Below are positions 8,786 to 18,944 of a DNA stretch of 64,000 nt, piece by piece. A program made the translations under genes and the position numbers. Under the pieces are notes generated by a model. It saw only the letters and a list, made by a program, of their open reading frames with translations, was not told where the DNA came from and searched no databases. Position 1 is the stretch's first letter. Each line of letters starts with the position of its first letter. This stretch comes from an uncultured Armatimonadetes bacterium (GTDB lineage Bacteria > Armatimonadota > UBA5829 > DTJY01): positions 5,219,248 to 5,283,247 of the forward strand of contig OY970325.1 in assembly GCA_963717145.1 (NCBI GenBank), in the 5' to 3' direction.

Positions 8786-9556
8786 TCAGCCCGCCCCGGA
8801 GGTCTCGATGTGTTCCTCACGCAGGCGGATGATCTCGACCTCGGGGAAGCGGTCCTTGATCCTGTGGGCGATGGCTTCCACGCCGAATAGCTCGGTGAAC
8901 GTGTGGCTGCCGATGAAGAGATCGAGGCCTGCGAACCGGGCGTATTCCAGCGTGTAGAGCATCCTCTCGCCGGTGATGTAGGCGTCGCAGCCCCTGTCGA
9001 CTGCCTCCTTCACGTGATTGGTCCACATCCCCCCACCGGTCACGATGTCGATGCGCCTGATCGGCCGGTCATGGTTACGCCAGGCGTGGATCGGCTCCTC
9101 CAGGACTCCCTCCAGACGCGACTTCAGCGCCTCGAAGGTCATCGGCTCGTCGAACTCGCAGACACGGCCGCAGTAGAAGGCTTCTTCCTCCAGGTGCGAC
9201 TTCTCCACGACGCGAGCGCCGAGTTTCTCTGCGAGCATGACACCGTTGCCGAAGTCGTCCGCGCCATCGAGCATCAAGTGGAACTGGCAGTGCGAGACGC
9301 AGTGCACCTGCATGCGTGAGAGGCAGACCTCCTTCATGCCGTAGAGGGAATCGAAAGCATCATGATGCGTGATGATGACGTTCACCCGATTCTTGATCGC
9401 CTCATCGACAACCTCCGGCGTAAGGTTGGTGCAATAGCCGATCCGTCGGACATCATCCACCCCATCGAACCGGAAGATGTGCTCGTTCTGCAGCTTCTCC
9501 AGATTCTCGACGCCGAACAGGTCGGTGATGTATTCCCGCAGTTCAGTCAGTTTCAT
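8786..9556 (-). CDS. Nif3-like dinuclear metal centre protein (YqfO/YbgI family)
   Basis: NVIITHHDAF and DAYITGE motifs. Length 256 aa. Confidence 0.8.
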   Translation of the reverse strand: MKLTELREYITDLFGVENLEKLQNEHIFRFDGVDDVRRIGYCTNLTPEVVDEAIKNRVNVIITHHDAFDSLYGMKEVCLSRMQVHCVSHCQFHLMLDGADDFGNGVMLAEKLGARVVEKSHLEEEAFYCGRVCEFDEPMTFEALKSRLEGVLEEPIHAWRNHDRPIRRIDIVTGGGMWTNHVKEAVDRGCDAYITGERMLYTLEYARFAGLDLFIGSHTFTELFGVEAIAHRIKDRFPEVEIIRLREEHIETSGAG

Positions 9557-10086
9557 GAGTTCCTCTTGGTTTGGAAGTGCTGGGCAATCAGGTCGAGGCC
9601 GGGGAAGAGCGGATCGGGCATAACCGACTCCTCGTAGTGCCCGTCGGTGTACTCGGCGATGATCCTGGTCCAGAAGGCACGGGCGGGCGCATTCTCAAGC
9701 ATCTCCCCTACCTCCCAGTTGCCTTGGAACAGGTCGAACATGCGTCGGGCGACATACTTGCCGACTCCCTTCCCGCGGAACTTGCGCAGGATGAAGAACT
9801 GGCCGATATCGTAGCTGTCTTCTCCAGTCTGACGAACCAGCGAGAACCCGGCGAGGCGTCCATCTACCCGCACCAGGAATGGGTATCCACGCCAACCCTC
9901 GGGCCAGGCGTACTCAGGGTCGCACGGCTTGCCCCAGTACTGCGGAAGCTCGTCGCATCCGCCGAAGAGGCCGCTCTCCGGGCAATCCCAGCCCATGTGC
10001 TCAGACATGTCGTAGATATAGAACCTGATCAGATTCTCGATGACCGGCATGTCCTCCTCACGGGCCTCGATGATCTCGATGTTCAT
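9553..10086 (-). CDS. GNAT family N-acetyltransferase
   Basis: Acetyl-CoA binding motif FFILRKFRGKGVGK. 177 aa. Overlaps the Nif3 gene start by 4 nt. Confidence 0.75.
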   Translation of the reverse strand: MNIEIIEAREEDMPVIENLIRFYIYDMSEHMGWDCPESGLFGGCDELPQYWGKPCDPEYAWPEGWRGYPFLVRVDGRLAGFSLVRQTGEDSYDIGQFFILRKFRGKGVGKYVARRMFDLFQGNWEVGEMLENAPARAFWTRIIAEYTDGHYEESVMPDPLFPGLDLIAQHFQTKRNS

Positions 10087-10219
10087 GCGCTATCTCCCTT
10101 CGGGACGCTTGACCGCCAGGGTCAACATCCGCTTGGAGTCGATAGTGAGTGCCGACGAGTCGAGGTCGCCCCAGACCGACTCGATGGTGAGGCCGGCCTG
10201 CCTCATCATACTCCGCATC

Positions 10220-10847
10220 TCACGGCTCGGTGTAGACGCGCAGGGACTGACAACTCTCGGTTCGGCGACCGTCCGCGTAGATTGTTCGCTCCGTGGCATT
10301 GGTACGGCCCGTCGCAGGATCGAACGATCGCTCGGACACTATGATATCGCCCCGGGAGTTCTCACGCCAGTCGCGTGGCTGGAACCGCCGCATCAGCGAC
10401 TCATAGCAGTGCGTCTCCAGGAGGAATTGCCCGCCGGGCTTGAGGGCGCGCGAGATGCCGTCGAGCACCTTCTGGTCCTCCTCGTCGGATTCCAGGTAGC
10501 CAAAGGAGGTCCACATGTTGATTGCCGCGTCGAACTCCGAGTCGAAGGCCAGGTCGCGCATATCCATCTGCACGAGATTGGGCTCGAGGCCCTCTCGTGC
10601 GGCGGTTTCCCGGCACTTGCCAAGCATGAACTCGGATAGATCGACGCCCACGACTTCCCCGACGCATGAGGTCGAGGAGGTGCCTACCCTGCCCGCAGCA
10701 GAGGTCGAGCACCCGCGCGCCGGGCCGGATCGCCATCTTCTCGATCGCGAAGTCGACCTGCGTCCGGCTCGCGTCGCTCTCGCCGTACATCTCGAACCTC
10801 AGAGGGTCTTCCTCAGCGAACAACTCTTCGTACCAGGCCATGTGCAT
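10220..10847 (-). CDS. Class I SAM-dependent methyltransferase, split by an apparent 1-nt frameshift near 10650
   Basis: Motif I VLDLCCGQG sits in frame a (10656-10847). The rest of the fold sits in frame b (10220-10651). The junction reads RRGSR then VGVDLSEFML after a single-base shift. Confidence 0.6.
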
Positions 10848-10930
10848 TCTCCTTTACCAGGCAGTCTACCTGGCGCATGGGAATCTGTCAATCTGCACGA
10901 ACTCGATGGTTTGACGATCAGATGTGAAAA

Positions 10931-12886
10931 ATGGTACGATTTGCCAGTCTTGTGGCCCGTGAGGGAAAGATATTGAAGACGACTGTTCTGCTGTCGGGCA
11001 ATGAGGCGATCGCCCGAGGCGCATATGAGGCCGGTGTTCGGGTCGCCGCGGGTTACCCCGGCACCCCGAGCACCGAGATACTTGAGAACATCACCCAGTA
11101 CGAGACGATCTACGCCGAGTGGTCGCCGAATGAGAAGGTTGCCCTCGAGGTCGCTCTCGGCGCTGCTCTCGGAGGCGCTCGGGCGCTCTGCACCATGAAG
11201 CACGTCGGCGTCAACGTCGCGTCCGACCCGCTGATGACCGCCTCGTACACCGGCATCAACCGTGGACTCGTGCTGGTGAGCGCCGACGACCCCGGCATGC
11301 ACAGCTCCCAGAACGAACAGGACAACCGTCACTACGCCCGGTTCGCCAAGATCCCGATGCTCGAACCGGCCGACAGCCAGGAGTGCAGGGACTTCACCAT
11401 CCGCGCCTTCGAGATCAGCGAAGCGTATGATACCCCGGTGCTGCTCCGAACGACCACCCGCGTGAACCACGGGAAATCGACCGTCAGCCTCTCTGAGCCG
11501 CAGGAGCCGGTCTTCGGCAGGTTTGAGTGCAACCTTCAGAAATACGTGATGATCCCCGCATACGCGATGAAGCGCCATGTGATCGTGGAGGAGCGGATGA
11601 TCCGCCTGAGGGAGTTGTCCAACGCCTCCGGTGTCGCCATTGCCCGTAGTGGCCGTGCCTCTGTGCCGGCCTCCGAGATCACTGGCCGGCACAGAGGCAC
11701 GGCCACTACGGGCAATGGCGACCTGCACCGCATCGAATGGGTCGACACGTCGATCGGCGTGATCACCTCGGGGATCGCATACCAGTACGTCAGGGAGGTG
11801 CTCCCGGAGGCGTCGGTACTGAAGCTCGGGATGACCTATCCGCTGCCCGACCGCCTGATCCGCGAGTTCGCGTCGAAGGTCGAGAAGCTGTACGTCGTCG
11901 AGGAACTCGATCCGTTCCTGGAGGATCAGATCAAGGCGCTCGGAATCGAGGTCATCGGCAAGGAGCGCTTCCCGATCATCGGCGAGCTGAACCCGAGGCT
12001 CGTCGCCGCTGGATTCGACTTGGGTAGGGGCGTGCCTTGTGCCGCCTGTGACGAGGTACCGGGCGGAGATGGACAGGCCACGGGCGGCACAAGGCACGCC
12101 CCTACAACCCAGCGGTTGGAGGGTGATATCCCCGGGCGGCCGCCGGTCCTCTGCCCGGGATGCCCTCACCGCGGGTTCTACCAGGTTCTGAAGAAGATGA
12201 AGGCCATCGTGACCGGCGACATCGGATGCTATACGCTCGGAGTGCTTCCGCCGCTCGAGGTAATGGACACCTGCATCTGCATGGGCGCATCGATCGGGAC
12301 CGCGCTCGGCATGAAGCGCGCTCAGTCGCCCGACGACAAGCGCCCGGTCGTGGCGGTGATCGGCGACTCAACTTTCGTCCACTCCGGGATCACCGGCCTG
12401 ATCGATGCCGTCTACAACGGCACGGCCGCGACGATATGCATCCTCGACAACTCCACGACCGCGATGACCGGCGGGCAGGAGCATCCGGCGTCGGGGAAGA
12501 CGCTCATGGGCAGTCCGGCGCCGAAGCTCGATCTGGCGGCCCTCGCACGTGCGATCGGTGTCGAGGACGTGCTGGTGGTCGATCCATACGATCTGGAGGC
12601 AGTCGAGAAGGCGCTCAGGTATGCGACCCGGACGGATAAGCCTTCGGTGATCATTACGAACAGGCCGTGCGTGCTGAGAGACAGGTCGGAGAAGCCGCCG
12701 AAGTCCTCCATCGCGCTGGAAATGTGTACCGGCTGCCAGGTGTGCTTCCGGATCGGATGCCCGGCGATGGAGTCGGTGGCGGTCGACGACAAGTTGCGCG
12801 CGCGGATCAACGCCAACCTGTGTCAGAGCTGTGGTGTCTGCATCCAGGTATGCCGCTTCGAGGCCATTGGGAGGCCGGAGGAATGA
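10931..12886 (+). CDS. iorA: Indolepyruvate:ferredoxin oxidoreductase alpha subunit, carrying two in-frame palindromic-element insertions
   Basis: N-terminal VLLSGNEAIARGAYEAGV and GYPGTPSTEI thiamine-pyrophosphate-enzyme motifs. C-terminal 4Fe-4S motifs CTGCQVCFRIGCP and CQSCGVCIQVC. 651 aa. Confidence 0.85.
   Translation: MVRFASLVAREGKILKTTVLLSGNEAIARGAYEAGVRVAAGYPGTPSTEILENITQYETIYAEWSPNEKVALEVALGAALGGARALCTMKHVGVNVASDPLMTASYTGINRGLVLVSADDPGMHSSQNEQDNRHYARFAKIPMLEPADSQECRDFTIRAFEISEAYDTPVLLRTTTRVNHGKSTVSLSEPQEPVFGRFECNLQKYVMIPAYAMKRHVIVEERMIRLRELSNASGVAIARSGRASVPASEITGRHRGTATTGNGDLHRIEWVDTSIGVITSGIAYQYVREVLPEASVLKLGMTYPLPDRLIREFASKVEKLYVVEELDPFLEDQIKALGIEVIGKERFPIIGELNPRLVAAGFDLGRGVPCAACDEVPGGDGQATGGTRHAPTTQRLEGDIPGRPPVLCPGCPHRGFYQVLKKMKAIVTGDIGCYTLGVLPPLEVMDTCICMGASIGTALGMKRAQSPDDKRPVVAVIGDSTFVHSGITGLIDAVYNGTAATICILDNSTTAMTGGQEHPASGKTLMGSPAPKLDLAALARAIGVEDVLVVDPYDLEAVEKALRYATRTDKPSVIITNRPCVLRDRSEKPPKSSIALEMCTGCQVCFRIGCPAMESVAVDDKLRARINANLCQSCGVCIQVCRFEAIGRPEE
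11636..11719. repeat. Family C palindromic element (GTAGTGGCCGTGCCTCTGTGCCGGCC ... GGCCGGCACAGAGGCACGGCCACTAC) inserted in frame within iorA
   Basis: Perfect inverted repeat. The frame is maintained and it translates to IARSGRASVPASEITGRHRGTATTGNG. Related copies at 24166-24230, 24326-24350 (half) and 50770-50800 (half). Confidence 0.85.
12024..12105. repeat. Family B palindromic element inserted in frame within iorA
   Basis: GTAGGGGCGTGCCTTGTGCCGCC ... GGCGGCACAAGGCACGCCCCTAC, translating to GRGVPCAACDEVPGGDGQATGGTRHAPT. Same family as 3452-3557, 25661-25721 and 54097-54155. Confidence 0.85.
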
Positions 12887-13461
12887 GCAATCGCACGACG
12901 AACATCAGACTGGCCGGTGTCGGCGGGCAAGGAATACTCGTAGCCAGTGAGGCGCTCTGCGATGCGCTGCTCGCGAGCGGCTTCGACGTGAAGAAGAGTG
13001 AGGTCCATGGGATGGCCCAGCGCGGCGGCACAGTGAACTCCGACGTGCGCTTCGGGGTCAAGGTGTGTTCCCCCATCATACCGGAGGGTGATGTGGACGT
13101 GCTGCTGGCATTCGAGCAGATGGAGGCGCTTCGGTATCTGCCGTCACTCAAGGCCGGCGGAGTCGTGATTGTGAATCGGCAGCGGATACTCCCGTCGGCG
13201 GTCGCCTCGGGGAAGCTGGAATACCCGGCCGACATCGAGAGCCGGCTCGCGGACCACGCGGGCGAGGTGATCTCGATCGATGCGCTGGACTTGGCGAAGG
13301 AAGCCGGCTCAGTCCGGAGCGTGAACGTCTGCCTGCTCGGGGCGCTGTCGCGGTTCCTCGAAGTCGAGGAATCGGTGTGGGAGAGCGTTCTCACCGAGCG
13401 GTTCAGGAACAAGGGGCTCGAGGCGAACCTGAAGGCCTTTGCGCTGGGGCGGGCCGTTTGA
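12883..13461 (+). CDS. iorB: Indolepyruvate:ferredoxin oxidoreductase beta subunit
   Basis: ATGA overlap with the iorA stop. MSNRTTNIRLAGVGGQGILVASEAL is the typical pyruvate-ferredoxin/flavodoxin oxidoreductase start. 192 aa. Confidence 0.8.
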   Translation: MSNRTTNIRLAGVGGQGILVASEALCDALLASGFDVKKSEVHGMAQRGGTVNSDVRFGVKVCSPIIPEGDVDVLLAFEQMEALRYLPSLKAGGVVIVNRQRILPSAVASGKLEYPADIESRLADHAGEVISIDALDLAKEAGSVRSVNVCLLGALSRFLEVEESVWESVLTERFRNKGLEANLKAFALGRAV

Positions 13462-13488
13462 GTATGAGTATGAGTATGAGTATGAGTA
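13459..13488. repeat. (GAGTAT)5 hexamer microsatellite directly after the iorB stop
   Basis: GAGTATGAGTATGAGTATGAGTATGAGTAGGAG. The complementary (ATACTC)n array is at 50463-50498. Confidence 0.8.
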
Positions 13489-13500
13489 GGAGCGGGAGCC

Positions 13501-14799
13501 ATGATTTGGAACAGAGAAGCTGAGTGCATGCCGGTTGAGGAGCGCCGGAAGCTCCAGGGCGAGCGACTGCGTCAGACCGTCAGGCGGTGCTACGACAACG
13601 TTCCGGTCTATCGGAAGAAGTTCGATGACGCCGGGATCAAGCCGGACGACGTTCGCTCGATCGACGACCTCAAGAGCCTGCCGTTCACCACCAGGGACGA
13701 TCTGCGCGACAACTACCCGTTCGGCATGTTCGCCGTCCCGATGGAGGATGTCGTCCGCGTCCATTCGTCTTCCGGCACGACGGGCAAGCCCAAGGTCGTC
13801 GGCTACACGCGCAACGATGTCGAGATGTGGGCCGAGCTGATGGCCCGCACGATCGGGTGCGGCGGCGCGGGGAAGCACGACATCATCCAGGTCGCCTACG
13901 GATACGGTCTCTTCACCGGTGGCCTCGGAGTCCATTACGGCGCGGAGAAGGTCGGCGCGACCGTCGTCCCGATCTCGGGCGGCAACACCAAGCGCCAGAT
14001 CATGATCATGCAGGACTTCGGCAGCACGATGCTCGCCTGCACGCCGTCCTATGCGCTATACCTCGCCGACACCGCGAAGGAGATGGACCTCGACATCCGC
14101 GATTTCCCGCTCAAGTATGGCATATTCGGCGCTGAGCCGTGGACCGTTCAGATGCGCAGAGAGATCGAGGCCAAGATGGGCGTCCGCGCGACCGACATCT
14201 ACGGCCTCAGCGAGGTCATCGGCCCCGGCGTATCGAGTGAGTGCGAGGCTCAGGACGGCCTGCACGTGTGCGACGACCACTTCGTCCCTGAGATCATCGA
14301 CCCGGTTACCGAGCAGGTCGTCCCTGCCGGAACGCCCGGTGAGCTGGTCTTTACATCGCTCACCAAGGAAGCGTTCCCGATCATCCGCTACCGGACGCGG
14401 GATCTCTCGGTGCTCAATGAGAATAAGTGCGAGTGCGGGCGGACTCACTTCCGCATGGGCAGGATCACCGGCCGGACGGACGATATGCTGATCATCCGCG
14501 GCGTGAACCTGTTCCCGAGCCAGATCGAGAGCGTGCTGCTCGAAATCGAGGGCACTGAGCCGCACTATCTCATCGTCGTGAACCGCGTTGACAGCCTCGA
14601 CTGCCTGGAAGTCTGGGTCGAGGTCAGCGAGAAGTTCTTCTCCGACGAGATCAAGGGGCTCGAAGCGCTGGAGAAGAAGATCGAGCACGAGATCCACAGC
14701 GTGGTCGGCATCAGCGCTGATGTCAAGCTGGTCGAGCCGAAGACGATCGAGCGGAGTGAGGGCAAGGCGAAGCGCGTGGTAGACAATCGGCCGAAGTAG
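13501..14799 (+). CDS. paaK: Phenylacetate-CoA ligase (PaaK family, adenylate-forming)
   Basis: [15 protein letters not shown]-loop, [25 protein letters not shown] and [13 protein letters not shown] motifs. 432 aa. Confidence 0.85.
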   Translation: MIWNREAECMPVEERRKLQGERLRQTVRRCYDNVPVYRKKFDDAGIKPDDVRSIDDLKSLPFTTRDDLRDNYPFGMFAVPMEDVVRVHSSSGTTGKPKVVGYTRNDVEMWAELMARTIGCGGAGKHDIIQVAYGYGLFTGGLGVHYGAEKVGATVVPISGGNTKRQIMIMQDFGSTMLACTPSYALYLADTAKEMDLDIRDFPLKYGIFGAEPWTVQMRREIEAKMGVRATDIYGLSEVIGPGVSSECEAQDGLHVCDDHFVPEIIDPVTEQVVPAGTPGELVFTSLTKEAFPIIRYRTRDLSVLNENKCECGRTHFRMGRITGRTDDMLIIRGVNLFPSQIESVLLEIEGTEPHYLIVVNRVDSLDCLEVWVEVSEKFFSDEIKGLEALEKKIEHEIHSVVGISADVKLVEPKTIERSEGKAKRVVDNRPK

Positions 14800-14831
14800 T
14801 GCAGAATCTGTAGTTCAAAGGAGAACGGTAG

Positions 14832-16439
14832 ATGAACACGGGAATACTGGTCATCGTTCTGTACGTCGTAGCCATGGTCATCCTGGGCTACTGGGCGATG
14901 AGGAAGACCCACAACGTGAGCGATTTCTTCCTCGGTGGGCGGAACATCGGACCGTGGATGTCGGCGTTTGCGTACGGCACGACGTATTTCTCAGCGGTAC
15001 TCTTCATCGGCTACGGCGGGAAGCTCGGCTGGGGATTCGGCCTCCACACGATGTGGATCGTCGCCGGAAACGTGCTCGTCGGAAGTCTGTTGGCGTGGTG
15101 GGTCTTGGGAAGACGGACTCGGGAGATGACCTCTCGGATCGACGCGATGACCATGCCCGATTTCCTTGCCAAGCGGTACAGCAGTCCGGCGCTCAAGGTG
15201 CTGGCTGCCCTGCTCATTTTCATCTTTCTGGTCCCGTACTCCGCGTCCGTATACATGGGACTCAGCTACCTGTTCCAGACGGCATTCGACATGCCCTACA
15301 CTACGGCACTGGGCATCCTGGCGGCTCTGACGGCGGTGTACCTGGTCATGGGCGGTTACTTCGCCATCACGCTCACTGACTTCCTCATGGGCCTGATAAT
15401 GCTCTCGGGAGTCGGAGTCATGCTGACCCTCCTGATCGGCAAGGCGGGCGGCATCGGTCACACTCTCCAACTTCTCACCGACTGGAAGACCTGCTCCCCT
15501 GCCCTGAACCTGCCACCGGGAGCGCCTGTCCCGCCGATCCCGAACTGGCTTACCCTGGCGTCTCTGGTCGTCCTGACGAGTCTCGGGCCGTGGGGTCTCC
15601 CGCAGATGGTACAGAAGTTCTACTCGATCAAGAGCGGCGACCAGGTGAAGCGCGCGATGATCGTAGCCACCCTGTTCGCGCTGGTCGTCACCCTCGGCGG
15701 CTACTTCACAGGCGCGATGACGCACATCAACGTGCCGAACGCCGCCCACGTCTCCGCATCGAGTGCATCCACCGGCGACTACACCTCTCCGAAGGACCTG
15801 CCGGTGAAAATGAGGGACGGCAAGCCGGTCATTCTGCCGAGCGGAAAGCCCGACGTCGACTGGGACAGATGGATTCCGACATACCTGGGGAACAAGCTGC
15901 CGGCATGGGTGATACTCGTCATCGCGCTGCTTGTGTTCTCGGCTTCCATGAGCACGCTGTCATCGCTGGTATTGGTCTCCAGTTCGGCCGTGGCGATGGA
16001 CCTCTACGGCGGGTCCATCAATCCAGGGGCTGACCGCAAGACCGTGCTTCTGCTGATGAGGATACTATGCGGCCTGTTCGTGGCAGTTTCGCTGTATGTT
16101 GCCCTCCAGCAGCCGAAGATCATAATCAATCTCATGGCGATATCCTGGGGCGTGTTGGCAGGCGCTTTCGCGGCCCCGTATTTCTATGGCCTGTTCTGGC
16201 GGAGAACGACAACTGCCGGGGCGGTTGCCGGCATGATCGTCGGAGTCGGCGCTGTGATCACGATCGTCAGGCACTACGGCGATCCGGGCATACCGCTCTC
16301 GGCGGCCGTGGCCATTCTGTTGCCCTTTGTCGTTGTGCCGGTCGTCAGCCTTCTGACGAAACCGATGGGGAGGGCACATCTCGACAAGTGTTTTGGCGAT
16401 GGGGGCGCTAAGCCGTCACCAGCTCTCAAAGGAGAATGA
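14832..16439 (+). CDS. Sodium:solute symporter family transporter
   Basis: 535 aa with 13-14 TM helices. N-terminal [13 protein letters not shown] motif is characteristic of the family. Confidence 0.8.
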   Translation: MNTGILVIVLYVVAMVILGYWAMRKTHNVSDFFLGGRNIGPWMSAFAYGTTYFSAVLFIGYGGKLGWGFGLHTMWIVAGNVLVGSLLAWWVLGRRTREMTSRIDAMTMPDFLAKRYSSPALKVLAALLIFIFLVPYSASVYMGLSYLFQTAFDMPYTTALGILAALTAVYLVMGGYFAITLTDFLMGLIMLSGVGVMLTLLIGKAGGIGHTLQLLTDWKTCSPALNLPPGAPVPPIPNWLTLASLVVLTSLGPWGLPQMVQKFYSIKSGDQVKRAMIVATLFALVVTLGGYFTGAMTHINVPNAAHVSASSASTGDYTSPKDLPVKMRDGKPVILPSGKPDVDWDRWIPTYLGNKLPAWVILVIALLVFSASMSTLSSLVLVSSSAVAMDLYGGSINPGADRKTVLLLMRILCGLFVAVSLYVALQQPKIIINLMAISWGVLAGAFAAPYFYGLFWRRTTTAGAVAGMIVGVGAVITIVRHYGDPGIPLSAAVAILLPFVVVPVVSLLTKPMGRAHLDKCFGDGGAKPSPALKGE

Positions 16440-16440
16440 G

Positions 16441-16870
16441 ATGAAGGTCAAACAGCTTTCCATATTCCTGGAGAACCAGTCCGGACGGCTCGCCGAGGTA
16501 ACCGAGGCGATCGGGAACGAAGGGATCAACATCCGGGCGCTCTCGCTCGCGGACACATCGGGCTTCGGAATCCTCAGGCTGATCGTGGACGACATAGACA
16601 AAGCCCGCGATATCCTCAAGGCCCGGCAGTTCACCGTTCGGGAGACCTACGTGATCGCCGTCGAGATCCCGATCGGCCGGGTGGGCTGGGAAGCGTACTC
16701 AAGATCTTCGGCGACGCGAAGATCAACATCGAGTACATGTACGCATTCGTTCAGAAGGCTTCAGAGAACGCGGTCGTCATCTTCCGCATCGACAATGTGG
16801 ACGAGGCGATCGAGAGGCTCAGGTCCAAGGGAGTGGGAATCCTCTCGGCAGAGCAGGTGTACGCGCTGTA
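16441..16870 (+). CDS. Tandem-ACT-domain regulatory protein (copy 1), with an apparent 1-nt deletion near 16685
   Basis: N-terminus [39 protein letters not shown] is paralogous to the downstream copy. After IPDRPGG the frame shifts by 1 and continues as [16 protein letters not shown]...VYAL to the stop at 16870. Confidence 0.6.
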
Positions 16871-17025
16871 GCCACTTCCTCCTAAAGACTTCTCCGGACA
16901 TCATCCGGGCGGAAGACTTTGAGCAAGAATTCACATATAACCGGCTGCGAGGGAGGAATCCGGCTCTCTAAGCGCTAATGATTGTGCAAAAGTGCACATT
17001 GTTCGCTGGAAGAGCAACTAAGCCT

Positions 17026-17457
17026 ATGAAAGTCGAACAGATATCCGTATTCCTGGAGAACAAGTCGGGGCGTCTCGGTGATGTGACCCACGCCCTCGCA
17101 CAGAGCGGAATCAATATTCGCGCCCTTTCGATCGCGGACACCGCCGATTACGGGCTCCTGCGCCTGATCGTCGATGACCCAAAGCACGCGACCGATGTGC
17201 TTACCGATCAGGGATTCACGGTCGCGGCGACCGAAGTCCTGGCGATCGAAGTGCCGGACAACCCGGGCGGCCTGGCGGGGATCATAGATATTCTGTCCTC
17301 CAAGGGCCTGAACATCGACTACATGTACGCCTTCGTCGGGACATCGGGCGAGAACGCCATTGTTGTGTTCCGGACCGAACCGGTCGATAAGGCGATAGAG
17401 GCGCTCAGGGAAGGCGGCGCCAGGATACTTACGGGAGACGAACTCCACGCGCTCTAG
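17026..17457 (+). CDS. Tandem-ACT-domain regulatory protein (copy 2)
   Basis: [39 protein letters not shown] and NIDYMYAFVG motifs. 143 aa. This is a common neighbour of PaaK in anaerobes. Confidence 0.7.
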   Translation: MKVEQISVFLENKSGRLGDVTHALAQSGINIRALSIADTADYGLLRLIVDDPKHATDVLTDQGFTVAATEVLAIEVPDNPGGLAGIIDILSSKGLNIDYMYAFVGTSGENAIVVFRTEPVDKAIEALREGGARILTGDELHAL

Positions 17458-17624
17458 AGGGAGGCGACTTCCTCTTGGCATATGCGCCATCGTCGGCGTG
17501 AAACGGGCGAAACTTCCGCGCCCGTGTATGGACATCGGTCGTATGACTGCCGGCCTAGTCGGAAGTGTCCAAGAGTGACACCGGGCCTGCGGCAGCGGCT
17601 AAATCCAGATTATGGAGGTCTGAA

Positions 17625-18779
17625 GTGACGCTAGGGAAACGAATCGCAGTAGTGACGCTCGTCTGCATGGTAGCCGCGCTCTGTGCCGTGAGCGCCCATG
17701 CAGCGGCGAAGTCGACGTACCTCGTCGGCGTGGTGCTCGACGTAACGGGCCCGGCTTCTCCTCTCGGAACCCCTGAGAAGCTGACCGTCGAGATGCTCCA
17801 GAAGGGGCTCAACGGAATGGGCGGCATCAACGGCCACCCGGTCAAGTTCATCATCTATGACAGCGCCAGCGAGGAATCGAAGGCCGTGTTGGCGGTCAAG
17901 AGGCTGATTGAGGCCGACAAGGTAAAGGCGATCATCGGCCCGAGCACCACCGGCACCACGCTCGCCATCGCCGGCATCTGCCAGAAGGCTAAGATCCCAC
18001 TGATCTCCTGCGCCGCCGGCATCAAGATCACTGAGCCGGTCCAGTCGTATGTCTTCAAGACGGCCCAGCCCGATACGCTCGCAATTGCGAAGGTAATCGA
18101 CTACCTGAAGGCCAAGAAGATCACAAAGGTCGCCTTCATCAACGATTCGAATGCCTTCGGCGCGAGCGGACTCGAGCAGATGATAAAGCAGGCGGCGACG
18201 GCGAAGATCACCATTGTGGCCAAGGAAGCCTTCGGAAGCAAAGACACGGATATGACGGTCCAGCTTACTCGGATCAAGGCGAAGAACCCGCAGGCGGTCA
18301 TCTGCTGGGGCACGAATCCCGGGCCGGCGCTCGTCGCGAAGAACATGAAACAGCTTGGCATCAAGTCGCCGCTCATCATGAGCCACGGCATTGCGAACAA
18401 GAAGTTCATCGAGCTGGCCGGAGACGCCGCCAATGGTGTCATCTTCCCCGCTGGTCACTTGATAGTGGCAAGCTCGATCCCGAACAAGGATCCGCAGAAG
18501 AAGGTCCTGCTGGGCTATGCGGCTCAGTTCAAGAACTTCGCCAAGGTGGACGCCGACACGTTCGGCGGTCATGCCTGGGATGCCGCCAAGATCGTGCTCA
18601 AGGCGATGGGTAAGGTCGGCGACAACCCCGCCAAGATCCGCGCCGCGATCGAGAACACGAAGGGCTTCATCGGCATCAGTGGGGTGTTCAACTTCACCGC
18701 CAAGGATCACAATGGCCTGACCAAGGACGCGTTCGAGATGGTGCTCATCAAGAACGGCAAGTGGACTTTGCTGAAGTAG
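17625..18779 (+). CDS. ABC transporter substrate-binding protein, branched-chain amino acid (LivJ/LivK) family
   Basis: Signal peptide VTLVCMVAALCAVSAHA, then YLVGVVLDVTGPASPLG and KAIIGPSTTG motifs typical of the Leu/Ile/Val-binding family. Start taken at GTG 17625. Caller ATG at 17565. Confidence 0.8.
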   Translation: MTLGKRIAVVTLVCMVAALCAVSAHAAAKSTYLVGVVLDVTGPASPLGTPEKLTVEMLQKGLNGMGGINGHPVKFIIYDSASEESKAVLAVKRLIEADKVKAIIGPSTTGTTLAIAGICQKAKIPLISCAAGIKITEPVQSYVFKTAQPDTLAIAKVIDYLKAKKITKVAFINDSNAFGASGLEQMIKQAATAKITIVAKEAFGSKDTDMTVQLTRIKAKNPQAVICWGTNPGPALVAKNMKQLGIKSPLIMSHGIANKKFIELAGDAANGVIFPAGHLIVASSIPNKDPQKKVLLGYAAQFKNFAKVDADTFGGHAWDAAKIVLKAMGKVGDNPAKIRAAIENTKGFIGISGVFNFTAKDHNGLTKDAFEMVLIKNGKWTLLK

Positions 18780-18804
18780 CAGATTGAAGGAATAGGGATC
18801 TAAG

Positions 18805-18912
18805 TCCCCGGAAATCTCCCGCGATGGATGCTGAATCAAGTTCAGCATGACGCGTCGCGCTACCGTCATGCTGAACTTGATTCAGCATCCATCGGGGGGA
18901 GGTTCCGGGGCG
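18805..18912. repeat. About 100-bp palindrome between the binding-protein gene and the first permease gene
   Basis: GGATGCTGAATCAAGTTCAGCATGACGCGTCGCGCTACCGTCATGCTGAACTTGATTCAGCATCC, with extending flanks CCCCGGAAATCTCCC and GGGAGGTTCCGGGG. Confidence 0.75.
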
Positions 18913-18944
18913 ATCTCCCATTCAGGATCAAGCAATTGACTAGT

